Notes under the pieces: model-generated | Told to the model about the DNA's origin: nothing | Seen by the model: only the letters and a program-made list of their open reading frames with translations | The model's database searches: none | In this document: piece by piece, positions 10,675-22,002 of the stretch | Layout of the letters: every line of letters starts with the position of its first letter | How positions within the stretch are numbered: position 1 is the first letter of the stretch | IMG/VR virus record: IMGVR_UViG_3300047159_000046 | From: a virus | Taxonomy: Duplodnaviria > Caudoviricetes | Length of the DNA stretch: 64,000 nucleotides | Reading direction: 5' to 3' (one strand) | Translations under genes and position numbers: made by a program

Positions 10675-13104
10675 TTAATTAAATAAATCATTTATTTCTT
10701 CGGGAGTGAAATATGAAACTACTATAGATTCTCCTCCTCCTCCACCTGTACTGCTTATAACATTATCCTCGGAAATTGTTATATTGTCCCCAGCGGTTAG
10801 TTTCTTCTGATAAGTATCTGTAATTATATTTCCATTTGCATCTTCTTTCGCTTTTGTCGCATATTCTATGTTTCCTATAAACGTATTTGCAGAAACATTA
10901 CCTGTTGTCAAAACGTTTCCGCTCCAATCCATGGTCATTGCGTTGGATCGTTTGGACTGTGTTCCGTTTCCTATTACCAAAACATAATCTTCTCCTTGCA
11001 CTTCGTTATATCTACCCATGGCATGCTGTGATGCTCCGCTGGCTATTGTGAATTTTCCTTCCGAATGGGAACCGTCTGTCAACGCAGAAGTTCTCCATCC
11101 CTCCGAATGAGAATACTGACTTCTTGCGTCCGAACATCCTTCCGCATGGGCAGCAAAACCTGACGAATATGAATTAAATCCCTCCACATGGTCATTCATA
11201 CCAGATGATGCGTTGGCAGCCCCTTCAGCGTGTGAGTTTTTACCGTACACTTTATTGTTTACACCTTCGGCATGCGCTCCAGATGCGGACACTATATTAT
11301 AGTTTCCAAAAGCAAAGGAATAGTTTCCTAATGCTTGAACTTTCAAACCTCCAGCAAATGAGCTGTTCCCTGACGCTATTGTTTCATCTCCTTCCGCATG
11401 TGAGTTTTCTCCAATTGCAGATGTGGCATGTCCCTCTGCATGTGAATATTGTCCAGTAGCAACGTTCCCTGAATAGTCGTTGAATATTTCACCTACGTTG
11501 ACTATTGTTTGTGCCGTATCCGTTTTATCCTCTGTCTTTACAGAATGTCCCACAAGAACGACATTGGTTATTGCAGATGCCGTATAAGCAGAAGTGTTGT
11601 CTCCATTCAGATCATAGAATGTAATATTCTTATTGTAAGTCGTATCTATCACATTCCCCTTATAGTCCTTTTCAGCCGTTCCTGCCGATGATGCGTAATC
11701 AACCTCTCCGCTTATGGATTGTGCCGATACGCTGCCGTAGAAAATGGCATTTCCCGACCAGTCCATTATAAAAGCGTTGCTTCTCTCGCTGGCAGACAAT
11801 CCGTTTCCTATTATAACCGCAGCAGAATCACCGCTTGCTATATTGTATTTTCCCTGTACATGCTGAGCTTTTCCGCTTGCTATCGTTCCCAATCCCTCAG
11901 CATGTGAATAGGCTCCGAAAGCGGAATTCTGCTTATAGTCATTGAATACCTCACCAACTGCAGAATAAGACAGACCAGTGGTTGATGCCGTATTTCCAGT
12001 AGGGAAATATTCTGTTACCTGATAAGCACCCACTTCAGATACTTCCGTTATTCCGCTTTTATAATTGGCGTCTGTCTCGTCTCCGTTTATGTTGTAAGTA
12101 TTGGTATAAGAACTTATAATATAATTGTCCTTATCAAGTCCTATATTTGTTCCTGCGCTTACTTTTTGTTGATAAAATTCTGTTATTACTCTTCCAGAAC
12201 CGTCTTTCATTGCGTTTCCATATACGGTATCTGCAGATAAGTTTCCTTGTATGTATGTGTTTCCAGACCAATCCACGGTCATTGCGTTGGAACAGGCTGT
12301 TGATGCACTTCCGTTTCCTATGACGAATGAATATCCAGAAGTATTATCCTCCAGATTATATCTGCCCTGTACATGTTCACAATCCGCACTTGCAACGGTA
12401 CAATAACCCTCTGCATGGGAATATTTGCCCATGGCGGAATTGTTTTGATAATCATTGAATATTTCTCCTACAAGTTTATACTCAATCTCTTTTCCGTCCT
12501 TATCCTTTTCCGTGTACGTTATTTCCTGATTAAGTCCTACAAGAGTGATAGAAGAAACACTGGTGGCAGAATTGATAACGGAATCATCTCCGTTCAAATT
12601 ATGTGTAGAAACCGCAGTCTGTGCCACATTGTAGGCTTCAAGAGCGTAGTTGTACGCTTCTTCCGAATTGTCGATAGCCTTGCTTATATCCGTCTCAACA
12701 TCTTCTATTGTGGTAAGTGCCTTTGTGGCATGACTGACAGCCACCTGCACGTCATCAAGGATATCATATTCGATATGAAGCGGAGAATCTGTCGTTCCCT
12801 CTCCCTTTATGGTGTCCTTGTCAAAAACATCCTTAAAAGCACCTATATCAACCGTGGTATCTGCAGAACCGTTATATAAGGTATCGCCTGTTTCTCCTTT
12901 GAATGTAAGTGTTCCTGGCGTCTTTGCTACTTTAAAAGGATACTCTGCCGTTCCTTCTCCCTTCAAGGTGTCGTTATCTATTATAACCGCTGTGGAGGCT
13001 GTGGTTCCAGTGAGTGTACCATATTTGATAAGACTGTCTATCTGCTCCTGCGTAAGCGTAGACAAATCATATTCAATATTGTTAATGTAAATTTTGCCGT
13101 TCAT
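10675..13104 (-). CDS. Second SHAEG-repeat fibre/adhesin
   Basis: Three modules of GEIFNDY...SHAEG...QH.(Q/M)G.YN...IGNG...SNA...DWSGN; DTL.G.GT...PL motif at N-terminus; TATTTAT upstream. Confidence 0.8.
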   Translation of the reverse strand: MNGKIYINNIEYDLSTLTQEQIDSLIKYGTLTGTTASTAVIIDNDTLKGEGTAEYPFKVAKTPGTLTFKGETGDTLYNGSADTTVDIGAFKDVFDKDTIKGEGTTDSPLHIEYDILDDVQVAVSHATKALTTIEDVETDISKAIDNSEEAYNYALEAYNVAQTAVSTHNLNGDDSVINSATSVSSITLVGLNQEITYTEKDKDGKEIEYKLVGEIFNDYQNNSAMGKYSHAEGYCTVASADCEHVQGRYNLEDNTSGYSFVIGNGSASTACSNAMTVDWSGNTYIQGNLSADTVYGNAMKDGSGRVITEFYQQKVSAGTNIGLDKDNYIISSYTNTYNINGDETDANYKSGITEVSEVGAYQVTEYFPTGNTASTTGLSYSAVGEVFNDYKQNSAFGAYSHAEGLGTIASGKAQHVQGKYNIASGDSAAVIIGNGLSASERSNAFIMDWSGNAIFYGSVSAQSISGEVDYASSAGTAEKDYKGNVIDTTYNKNITFYDLNGDNTSAYTASAITNVVLVGHSVKTEDKTDTAQTIVNVGEIFNDYSGNVATGQYSHAEGHATSAIGENSHAEGDETIASGNSSFAGGLKVQALGNYSFAFGNYNIVSASGAHAEGVNNKVYGKNSHAEGAANASSGMNDHVEGFNSYSSGFAAHAEGCSDARSQYSHSEGWRTSALTDGSHSEGKFTIASGASQHAMGRYNEVQGEDYVLVIGNGTQSKRSNAMTMDWSGNVLTTGNVSANTFIGNIEYATKAKEDANGNIITDTYQKKLTAGDNITISEDNVISSTGGGGGESIVVSYFTPEEINDLFN

Positions 13105-13252
13105 CTGTTAAGTTATTTATTTTATAAATAGTTATATTTAATCAAAGAAAAATTTGTATATGTTTATTTTTATGCTTATATTTATTAGTTTGACAATTTT
13201 TTAAATATAGGTTTATTTCATATATTACTATTTATTTAAATATCATATAAGC

Positions 13253-13927
13253 ATGTTTAATAATAGCAATACATATAACGATGATTATCAAGAAGATGGC
13301 TATCAGTCGGATGACAATTCTTATGACAACGACAATGACAACGATGAAAATGATAATGATAATGACGAGGAACCTATAGACAACCAATATGCCAATAATA
13401 CATCTAAACCTCGTCCAATCAGCAAAAGATATATAATAGCATATATTGCCAGATATTTTGGAGAACGTATACCGTCACCAAGGGGATCTTCCTATAAACC
13501 ATTTCATAAAGGTAAACATCTGATTGTGCTAAGAATATCAGACCACAATACCGTATTAGATACATGGGGTCAAAAGTATAAGTACAGATTGGAAAAACCA
13601 TGGCTAAATCATTTTTACAGTTTTGTCGTTCCAAACAATCTTCCACAGAAACGAGTTCATTCCAGTGCTTATGCTCCATTGAAAGTGGTACAATATACCG
13701 TCAATGTACCAAACATAAAGACAATAGAAGACGTGCGCAATTTATGCATTGATATCCATTATATCATAGACACAGGCAACGTACATTGTGATTCTCCATA
13801 TTTATCACGACCTAATTTTTATATATGCAAGAAACCGCAATACAAGATACCAACAAATGAAAATGTTATAGAAAGAATATTGGAAACAATGAATCGAGTA
13901 GATAATAACCAATTTTTCTTATGGTAA
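13253..13927 (+). CDS. Hypothetical protein, acidic N-terminus, RISDH motif
   Basis: 224-aa ORF with TATTTAT upstream and its own terminator (~13940-13969). Confidence 0.7.
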   Translation: MFNNSNTYNDDYQEDGYQSDDNSYDNDNDNDENDNDNDEEPIDNQYANNTSKPRPISKRYIIAYIARYFGERIPSPRGSSYKPFHKGKHLIVLRISDHNTVLDTWGQKYKYRLEKPWLNHFYSFVVPNNLPQKRVHSSAYAPLKVVQYTVNVPNIKTIEDVRNLCIDIHYIIDTGNVHCDSPYLSRPNFYICKKPQYKIPTNENVIERILETMNRVDNNQFFLW

Positions 13928-14023
13928 AAACAAACTCAAACAGGTACATAAAATGTATCTGTTTTTTTTGTTCTTATGAATTTTATACTTATTTTTGTAT
14001 GTTAAGAAATATAATACGGACAG

Positions 14024-14953
14024 ATGGGAAAAGTTGACAAGCTTAATACGGCTAAAAAATCAAGGGATGATGAATTCTATACTTTATTGACGGATATCGA
14101 AAAGGAGTTGATGCACTACAAAGATATATTTGTAGGAAAGACAATATACTGCAACTGCGACAATCCTGCAAAATCCAACTTTGTAAAGTGGTTCTATATG
14201 CGGTTCAATATTCTACACTTAAAGCGTATTATTGTAACTGCCTATAATTCAGATACTTGTAACGGGGGGGGGTATTATTGGGATTCCGATTTCGCTACAG
14301 TGGACACAAAAACTATTGACATCAGCAAGGAAATTGAAAAAGACGTTAGGAAACTTAACGGAGATGGTGACTTTAGAAGTGAGGAATGTATTGAGCTATT
14401 GAAGCAGGCTGATATTGTGGTTACAAATCCTCCGTTTTCGTTATTCAGGGAATATGTAACTCTATTAATGGACTATAAGAAGCAATTCATCATCATTGGT
14501 AATATGAACGCTATTGCATATAATGAAATCATTCCATATATAACAAGAAATCAAATCATGTATGGATATACAATACATTCTGGAGACAGGGAATTTCAGG
14601 TTCCAGACACCTATAACAGAACCGATAAATATAGAATAGATGCGGATGGTATCAAATATATCAGAGTGAACGGAGTCAGATGGTTCACCAATATGAGGTT
14701 GCAAGATTATAATGATAATTTGATTTTATTTAAAAAATACATTCCATGGGAATATCCGAAATTGGATAATTACGATGCAATCAACGTTGACAAAACGTGT
14801 GATATTCCTGCTGATTATGACGGAGTTATTGCAGTTCCTGTTTCATTCTTTGACAAATACAATCCAGAACAGTTTGAAATAATAGGCAAGATTGAGCCAG
14901 TTTGTCAAGGTAAGAGAATTTATAAACGGTTGTTAATAAAAAAGAAATCATAA
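14024..14953 (+). CDS. EcoRI-family adenine methyltransferase, copy 3 (intact)
   Basis: 309-aa ORF with all motifs, including VVTNPPFSLFRE. Confidence 0.9.
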   Translation: MGKVDKLNTAKKSRDDEFYTLLTDIEKELMHYKDIFVGKTIYCNCDNPAKSNFVKWFYMRFNILHLKRIIVTAYNSDTCNGGGYYWDSDFATVDTKTIDISKEIEKDVRKLNGDGDFRSEECIELLKQADIVVTNPPFSLFREYVTLLMDYKKQFIIIGNMNAIAYNEIIPYITRNQIMYGYTIHSGDREFQVPDTYNRTDKYRIDADGIKYIRVNGVRWFTNMRLQDYNDNLILFKKYIPWEYPKLDNYDAINVDKTCDIPADYDGVIAVPVSFFDKYNPEQFEIIGKIEPVCQGKRIYKRLLIKKKS

Positions 14954-15101
14954 TTTGTTGGATAATTACATTTTTGTTACTATCTTTGAATAATAAAGAA
15001 ACGTATGCAAGAATTTTAATAAAAAAGTTGTAAATAATTTGATTATTAAATAATAATATATTATCTTTGCGATATAAAATATATATATCAAAAACACGAT
15101 A

Positions 15102-17526
15102 ATGAGAAAAGTAGAATTGCCACAGAATGCGAAAGCACAGGTTATATGGAATGTATCTCCTTATGATTATACTCCAGAAAAGAAGAATCAGATTTGTGCC
15201 AAATTTGCGGATAAATATGGTATCGACAAGAACAGGGTAAAAGTTATTGCCAATATCAAAACAATAGATGATAATGGTCAGGAGATTTCCATATCCAAAG
15301 ATATCATATCCAAAATACAGGATGTGGAGTTTCAGCAAACACTTTTCAAGGATTATATTGCGGAAAGAAAAATAACCGATTGCGATTTTGAGCAGATAAA
15401 AAAGATTGATGCCGAAATAAATGTCAATATAAATTATGATGTTTATGACAAATATCGCAGATATTCAATAAAATGGGTAAAGTGGGATAACTTTCTATCT
15501 TACGGAGAAAACAATTTCTTTGACTTTACCACATTGGAGGGTTTGGTCCTGCTTAATGGAGCACCTGCCAATCAGACAGGAAAAACAACATTCGCCATTG
15601 ATCTTATTCATTATCTTTTGTTTGGAAAATGTTCAAACGGAAAGGCTGATGTCAATTCAAAAATATTCAACAAGCATATTCCAGAATGTACCTCTGTAAA
15701 AGTGGAGGGATGCATAAACATTGAGGGTGTTGATTATGTAATACGGAGAACGCTTAGCAGACCAGCATTGGAGAAACGTACAGCAAAAAGCAAAATCACA
15801 TCCACACTTGAATATTTCAAGGTGATAGGGGACAATGATTATGAGAGTTTAAAGGATGTTGACAGTGATACTGCTGATGAATCTCTGAATGAGGCTTCTG
15901 TTCAGGATACCAACAAGGTTATAAAAGAGGCACTTGGCAGAGAAAGTGATTTTGATCTGATAATTTGTGCGACAGCTAAAAATCTTGATGAACTGATAGA
16001 CAAAAAGGACACGGAGAGAGGTAAACTTCTTTCACGATGGATTGGTCTTGATGTTATAGAAGAGAAAAGCATTCTTGCAAAAGACAAGTACAATAAAGTG
16101 ATAAAGCCATCTCTTATTTCCAATCATTATGATAGACAATCATTGGCTTTGGATATAGATAATTGCAAGATAAACATTGACAATATCAAGAACTCTATCA
16201 CGGACAAGAATTCAATGATAGACAATCAGCAGAACGAACTTGTCGCATTAAAGGAACAAAGAGATAATCTGTTGAGCGCAAAATCACAGATAGATTCGGA
16301 TTTGCTTAAATATGACAGATATACCCTTGAAAATTCACTGCAAAAAATCAAGGAAAAGGGAAGTATGTGGCATAAACAGATAGATGATACCAATACACAG
16401 ATTGCCGAAATAGGTACAGTATCTTTCAATGCCGAAGATTATGACAAAAAGGTTGGAGAATTGTCCGAATGCAATATCCTGATAAATACCATAAGAAACG
16501 AATACAGAAATGTTGATTCTCAAATGAAATCGTTGAAAAACGGAGAGTTCTGTCCTACATGCCATCAAAGACTTGTGGGTGTGGATAATTCGGAACATAT
16601 CAAAGAATGCGAGAATAAACTTGAAGAGTTGAAACAACAAGGAATTCAGACCGCCAATAATAAGACAGTCCTTGAACAGGCTGTTTCCGAAATGAAAAAG
16701 AGCAGAGATTTGTATGATATGCTGAATAAACTTGTTGTAAAAAAAATCTTCGCTTGAAGTGGAATATGAAAAATGTCTGTCGTTATATAAGGAAACAAAA
16801 ACGACTTATGACAAATATCTTTCAAACGCATCTTTGATTGACAATAACAACAAGATTGACAGAGAGATAATTGTAAAAGACGGTCTTATAAGAACGCATG
16901 AGGACGGAATAGAGAATTTGAAGCATGAGGTTATCAATCTTTCCAATCAAATTGAGAACATAAACAACCAGATAGTCAATGATACCAATCTGATAGAAAC
17001 GATTGCGAAAGAGGCAATAATTGAGAAGCACTGGAAGATATATATGGATATGGTAGGAAAGGATGGTGTTTCAAAAATGGTATTGAGAAAAGCGATTCCT
17101 AATATTAATGCCAAATTGAATGAGCGTCTTAACAATGTTTGCGATTTTGAAATAGAAGTCGCAATTTCCGACAAGAATGACGTTATGTTCTATTTAGTAA
17201 AAGACGGAGTAAAGTCTGATTTGACAAGCGGAAGTGGTTTTGAAAGGACAGCATCTGCATTGGCTTTGAGAAGCGTTCTGGGTGAGATGTCCACAATGCC
17301 ACGACCTGATTTCCTTGTGGTTGATGAGGTTCTTGATGGAGTATCTGCAGAAAATTACTCCAAAATAGAAACCTTGTTCAACAAGATATTAAGTGATTAT
17401 AAATTTATTATTCATGTCACTCATATTGAGGAGGTCAAGGATTGGCATTCGCAGATAATCACCGTGAACAAGACTGGTAATATTAGTACCCATATCTACT
17501 ATCAACAATTAAGATTAAATATATAA
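15102..17526 (+). CDS. SbcC/Rad50/T4 gp46-like ATPase (frameshift in A-run ~16739-16746)
   Basis: NFLSYG, Walker A NQTGKTT, coiled coil with CPTC zinc hook, signature SGFER, Walker B VVDE, H-loop VTH. Confidence 0.9.
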
Positions 17527-17532
17527 AATAAA

Positions 17533-17923
17533 ATGAATAATTTATATTCGCTAATTACACTATATGTGTTTGTTTCTTATGGACTTACGGTTCTTCTGGT
17601 TGACGGAAAGGGTCCTTATGATATTTTGGAGAAAGGCAGACTTTTTATCAAAAATCATATTTCTGCAGGATTGGGTGAGATGTTTGATTGTCATTTATGT
17701 ACCTCCACAAACATAGGATGGGCATTTGTGGTTTTTTGAACAGCTGTGCGGATTTACATTATCACCCGTATCTTTCATATTATCCATAGAAGAGACAAAT
17801 GTTATCATCATAGCCATCCTCAATGCTTTCTTTACAGCTGGAGAGGTTTGGTTTGTAAGTACCATTGTCGATTTAATGGGAAGTGTCATTAATCATTTTA
17901 ATAAAATTGATTATCATGAGTGA
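17533..17923 (+). CDS. Membrane protein, DUF1360-like (frameshift in T-run ~17732-17737)
   Basis: GP..I...R ... GEMFDCHLCTSTNIGW followed by TM helices in the second frame. Confidence 0.5.
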
Positions 17924-18173
17924 AACAGACAATTTAGCCATGTCGGAAATAGAAAAGGAAAATAAACTTCTGAAACAGGAACAGGATGAGGCTAAGAACA
18001 AACAGATTAGAATAAAAGAGGAACTTGCCAAGAAACTTATTTCTGGTCATCTTGGAGAGGAAATAAGCACAATAGTAAATTCTGGATATAATGATCCTGT
18101 TATCGTTATACATGTCCCATGGTATAAACGATTTATAAAGTGGTTGAGAAAATTTTTTCATATAAACAAATAA
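17916..18173 (+). CDS. Hypothetical protein
   Basis: ORF in operon. Confidence 0.6.
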   Translation: MSETDNLAMSEIEKENKLLKQEQDEAKNKQIRIKEELAKKLISGHLGEEISTIVNSGYNDPVIVIHVPWYKRFIKWLRKFFHINK

Positions 18174-18178
18174 CAGTC

Positions 18179-18445
18179 ATGGATTTAGAAGATATTTATA
18201 AATCAGAAAAAACGCATCATTTCTATTTTGATAGCGTGATGGAACTGGCTTCCATTATCTCAAAATTCAGGGATGATACCACAATAGAGGACAATATGGA
18301 AATATCAATAGATGTTCCCCATGAGTTTTTTAGAAATATTCAGTCCTCACTTGATAAGCTGGAAGGAAATACAGGTCCAGATACCACTAACGGATTTATT
18401 CTTAATGTGGATAAACATACCAAATTCATTTTTCATGACAAGTAA
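18179..18445 (+). CDS. Hypothetical protein
   Basis: ORF in operon, likely start MDLED. Confidence 0.6.
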   Translation: MDLEDIYKSEKTHHFYFDSVMELASIISKFRDDTTIEDNMEISIDVPHEFFRNIQSSLDKLEGNTGPDTTNGFILNVDKHTKFIFHDK

Positions 18446-18564
18446 TGTACTTTTTTTAGTTTTTTGATTATATATATTATTTGCAGGTACAGAAATGTAC
18501 CTGTTTTTTTGTGTTTGTCATTTTTTATGTGTATCTTTGTAGTGTAAAACAAATACATAAACAG

Positions 18565-19495
18565 ATGAACAAAAACGACAATTTACGCAATGCCAACAAG
18601 GCAAAAAACGATGAATTCTTTACACGACTGACAGATATTGAAAAGAGCTGATGCACTACAAGGAGATGTTTGTCGGAAAGACAATTTACTGTAACTGCGA
18701 TGATCCTGTCAAGTCAAACTTTGTTCAGTGGTTTTATATGCGTTTCAATATCCTACATTTGAAACGAATTATAGTAACTGCTTTTAATTCAGTCGGTTGT
18801 GGAATTTATTGGGATTCTGATTTTGCTACAGTGGACCCTAAGTCGATTGACATTAGCAAAGAAATAGAGAAAGATGTTAGGAAACTTAACGGAAACGGCG
18901 ACTTTAGAAGCGATGAGTGTATAGAGCTGTTAAAACAGGCTGATATTGTGGTCACCAATCCGCCTTTCTCGCTGTTCAGAGAATACGTCAAAGTATTGAT
19001 GGATAACAACAAAGATTTTTTAATTGTGGGAAATATGAACGCAATAACATATAAGGAGTTTTTCCCGTATATCAAGGACAACAGAATCGGGCTTGGGATT
19101 CACCAACGGAGCAAAATCGTTTATCAACCCAATGGAGTTGAAGAGAAAGATCGGACTGATATCGTTTGGTACACCACTTTGCCGATATCAAAACACAATG
19201 AGAACTTGTGCTGTTTCGTAAGCATACACCCCAGAAGAGTTTCCCAAATATGACAATTATGATGCCATAAATGTTGACAAGACGTGCGATATACCTGCTG
19301 ATTACGATGGCGTTATGGGTGTTCCAATTTCATTTCTTGATAAATATAATCCGAAACAGTTTGAAATATTAGGATGCGATTGGTAGATATAGTATGATAG
19401 ATGGTCCTACAGAACAAACAAAAGGAAAATATCTAACAAATATAAACGGTAAACCAAAATACGCCAGAATATTAATAAAAAGAAAGATTGTATGA
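18565..19495 (+). pseudogene. EcoRI-family adenine methyltransferase, copy 4 (frameshifts at ~18645 and ~19200-19400)
   Basis: MNKNDNLRNANKAKNDEFFT... through NPPFS and the C-terminal motifs, across frames; own promoter TATCTTTG ~18532. Confidence 0.75.
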
Positions 19496-20422
19496 ACAAT
19501 AATGACAATTTAAGTAACGCCAGAAAAATAAAGAATGATGAGTTCTATACTTTATTGACTGACATCGAAAAGGAGTTGATGCACTACAAAGAGATGTTTG
19601 TCGGAAAGACCATCTATTGTAACTGCGATGATCCCGTAAAGTCCAACTTCGTTCAGTGGTTCTATATGCGGTTCAATATTCTACACTTAAAGAGAATTAT
19701 TATAACTGCCTATAATTCAGATACTTGTAACGGGGGTGGGTATTATTGGGATTCCGATTTCGCTACAGTGGACCCGAAAGCTATTGACATTAGCAAAGAA
19801 ATTGAGAAGGATGTCAGGAAACTCAATGGAAACGGTGACTTCCGAAGTGATGAATGTATCGAGTTGTTAAATCAGGCGGATATTGTTGTTACAAACCCTC
19901 CATTCTCTTTGTTCAGAGAATATGTTAAAGTGTTGATGGATAATAACAAAGACTTTGTTATTCTTGGAAACATGAATGCTATAACGTACAAGGAAGTATT
20001 CCCGTATATCAAGGAGAACAGGATAGGGTTGGGATATCTTAATGGAAATAAAAAATTTCATAACAGTGGATAATAAAGAACAACCTATTAGAGCATTTTG
20101 GTATACCACTTTGCCGATTGCGAAACATAATGAAGAACTTGTATTGTTCAGAAAGTACTCTCCAGAAGAATATCCGAAGTATGACAATTACGATGCCATA
20201 AACGTTGACAAAACGTGTGATATACCAGAGGATTATGATGGTGCGATGGGTGTTCCTATTTCATTTCTTGACAAGTACGATCCCAAACAATTTGAAATTA
20301 TAGACGGTTTTAACAGATATTCATTTCTTACTGGTCCTACGGAACAGACACAAGGAAAATATCTATCAAAGATTAATGACATACCAAAATATGCAAGAAT
20401 AATAATTAAAAAGAAACAATAA
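19492..20422 (+). CDS. EcoRI-family adenine methyltransferase, copy 5 (one frameshift ~20050)
   Basis: Two ORF halves join at an A-run; complete motif set. Confidence 0.8.
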
Positions 20423-20423
20423 T

Positions 20424-20891
20424 ATGAAATATGTAAATTACAGTGTTGTATTTCAGGAAATACCTGATGAAGTGTCATTGGCTATAAACATCTCCAATTG
20501 TCCGAATAATTGTGTGGAGTGTCATTCGGCATATCTTAAAGACAATATAGGATTGCTACTTGACAAGACCGCCATTGACAAGTTGATGAATAAATACAAG
20601 AAAGATGTCACCTGTTTTTGCTTTATGGGTGGGGATGCTGAACCAGATATGGTATGTGAATTATCCAAATATATAAAAGATAATTTTGAGGGTATCAAAA
20701 CGGCATGGTATTCGGGGAAAGAGGAAATATATGATAAATATAAGAACGGAACTTTTGATTACATCAAGGTGGGTCCATATCTTAAAGGTTTTGGTCCTTT
20801 GAACGAAAAGACGACCAATCAAAGACTGTATAAGATTAACGGAGATGCGAAGGAGGATATAACATATAAGTTCTGGAAGCATGGAAAATGA
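20424..20891 (+). CDS. nrdG: Anaerobic ribonucleotide reductase activase (radical SAM)
   Basis: VVFQEIPDEVSLAINISNCPNNCVECHS, FMGGD, YIKVGPY, TTNQRLY: Bacteroidetes-type NrdG. Confidence 0.9.
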   Translation: MKYVNYSVVFQEIPDEVSLAINISNCPNNCVECHSAYLKDNIGLLLDKTAIDKLMNKYKKDVTCFCFMGGDAEPDMVCELSKYIKDNFEGIKTAWYSGKEEIYDKYKNGTFDYIKVGPYLKGFGPLNEKTTNQRLYKINGDAKEDITYKFWKHGK

Positions 20892-21135
20892 TGATTATTA
20901 TCAGAGCGTAATTGGTATATTGGCAAGTTTTATGGGACAACACTTGGCGAATGGCGTAAAAGATATGTATATAAAGGAAAATACCATTTTATGCGCTTTC
21001 CAGATTATCAAAAATGTTTTGATATTTGATGATGCCTACAAGGTGGTACATTCCTCCCTGCAAAAAGGATACAGGAATGGAATTGTCTTGTTTGAGAAAC
21101 GTGGAAATGATAACTATTTCTCGTTGAAGTTTTAA
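20881..21135 (+). CDS. Hypothetical protein
   Basis: Overlaps the nrdG stop. Confidence 0.55.
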   Translation: MENDDYYQSVIGILASFMGQHLANGVKDMYIKENTILCAFQIIKNVLIFDDAYKVVHSSLQKGYRNGIVLFEKRGNDNYFSLKF

Positions 21136-21390
21136 TGGCATCAAAATATTTATTGATTTTTTTATTAAAATAGATATAATTTTTATAAAAACACTATTTT
21201 TTATAAGAGAAAAGAAAGTTCTTATTCATTAGACGTTAATGGCTTTCTAATCTGTTTATAAAATAGCGAACCTTCGGTGTACATTGGATGGTACATTATT
21301 CATGTGAAACTCCTCTTTTATATTCTCTTTTATTCAATACGTTTTAAAAACGTGATATAGATTATAGTTGAATGGAAAAGAGACCACAGG

Positions 21391-21425
21391 AATCCTGATA
21401 GAAGAAAATTCTATCAGGATTTTTT
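21391..21425 (+). terminator. Rho-independent terminator
   Basis: AATCCTGATAGAA-GAAAA-TTCTATCAGGATT followed by T-run. Confidence 0.8.
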
Positions 21426-21492
21426 ATGTGAACTAACCATATAGGTTAAATTCTTGTCTTTTTGCAGATATTTATATGAAAGAAAGAAAAAT

Positions 21493-21843
21493 ATGAGAAG
21501 AATAAGACTAACGGAAAAACAGCTCCATAATGTTATTAGAGAATCTGTCAGCAATATTTTGAATGAACTAAATTGGAAAACATATAATAATGCTGCAAAG
21601 AAAAGAAGCCAACAAATACACAATCCATTTACTCATGATGAATATGAAAAGAGTGTAGAACCTTTGCTTAGCGCAATGGATAACGCTTTGGAACGCCAAT
21701 ATCCACATTGTATGTACGACCATGAGTTTGACAATAATTCACCAGAAAAGCTGGCATATAACAAGGATCTTGATAATCAAATGAATGGAAGATACAAATA
21801 CGAAAAGGGAGGAAGAGGCTATTATCTTGACGATGAAGAATAA
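21493..21843 (+). CDS. Probable virion-internal protein with RLTE.QLHNVI.ESV..ILNE leader
   Basis: N-terminal motif shared with the next gene; TATTTAT upstream; own terminator. Confidence 0.7.
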   Translation: MRRIRLTEKQLHNVIRESVSNILNELNWKTYNNAAKKRSQQIHNPFTHDEYEKSVEPLLSAMDNALERQYPHCMYDHEFDNNSPEKLAYNKDLDNQMNGRYKYEKGGRGYYLDDEE

Positions 21844-22002
21844 TACAATCTCATATTTTATATGACAACCAAGCGGAGGAACGTAACAGTTTTTCCGCTT
21901 TTTTGTGTAAATATTTTGACATTGTTTTACGTCTGGAACGGTCTTTGCGGGGGGGGATAAATTATGTAAACTTTGCAGATATTTATCTGTAAAAGAAACA
22001 AT

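Noticed and set aside
7475-13104. DGR or invertase-driven fibre diversification
   Set aside because: No reverse transcriptase, template repeat, recombinase or inverted crossover sites seen in the window.
16739-16760. Programmed frameshift in the SbcC-like gene and in MTases 1 and 5
   Set aside because: Breaks fall in homopolymer runs and similar breaks are scattered through the window, so sequencing error is the simpler explanation; read data are needed.
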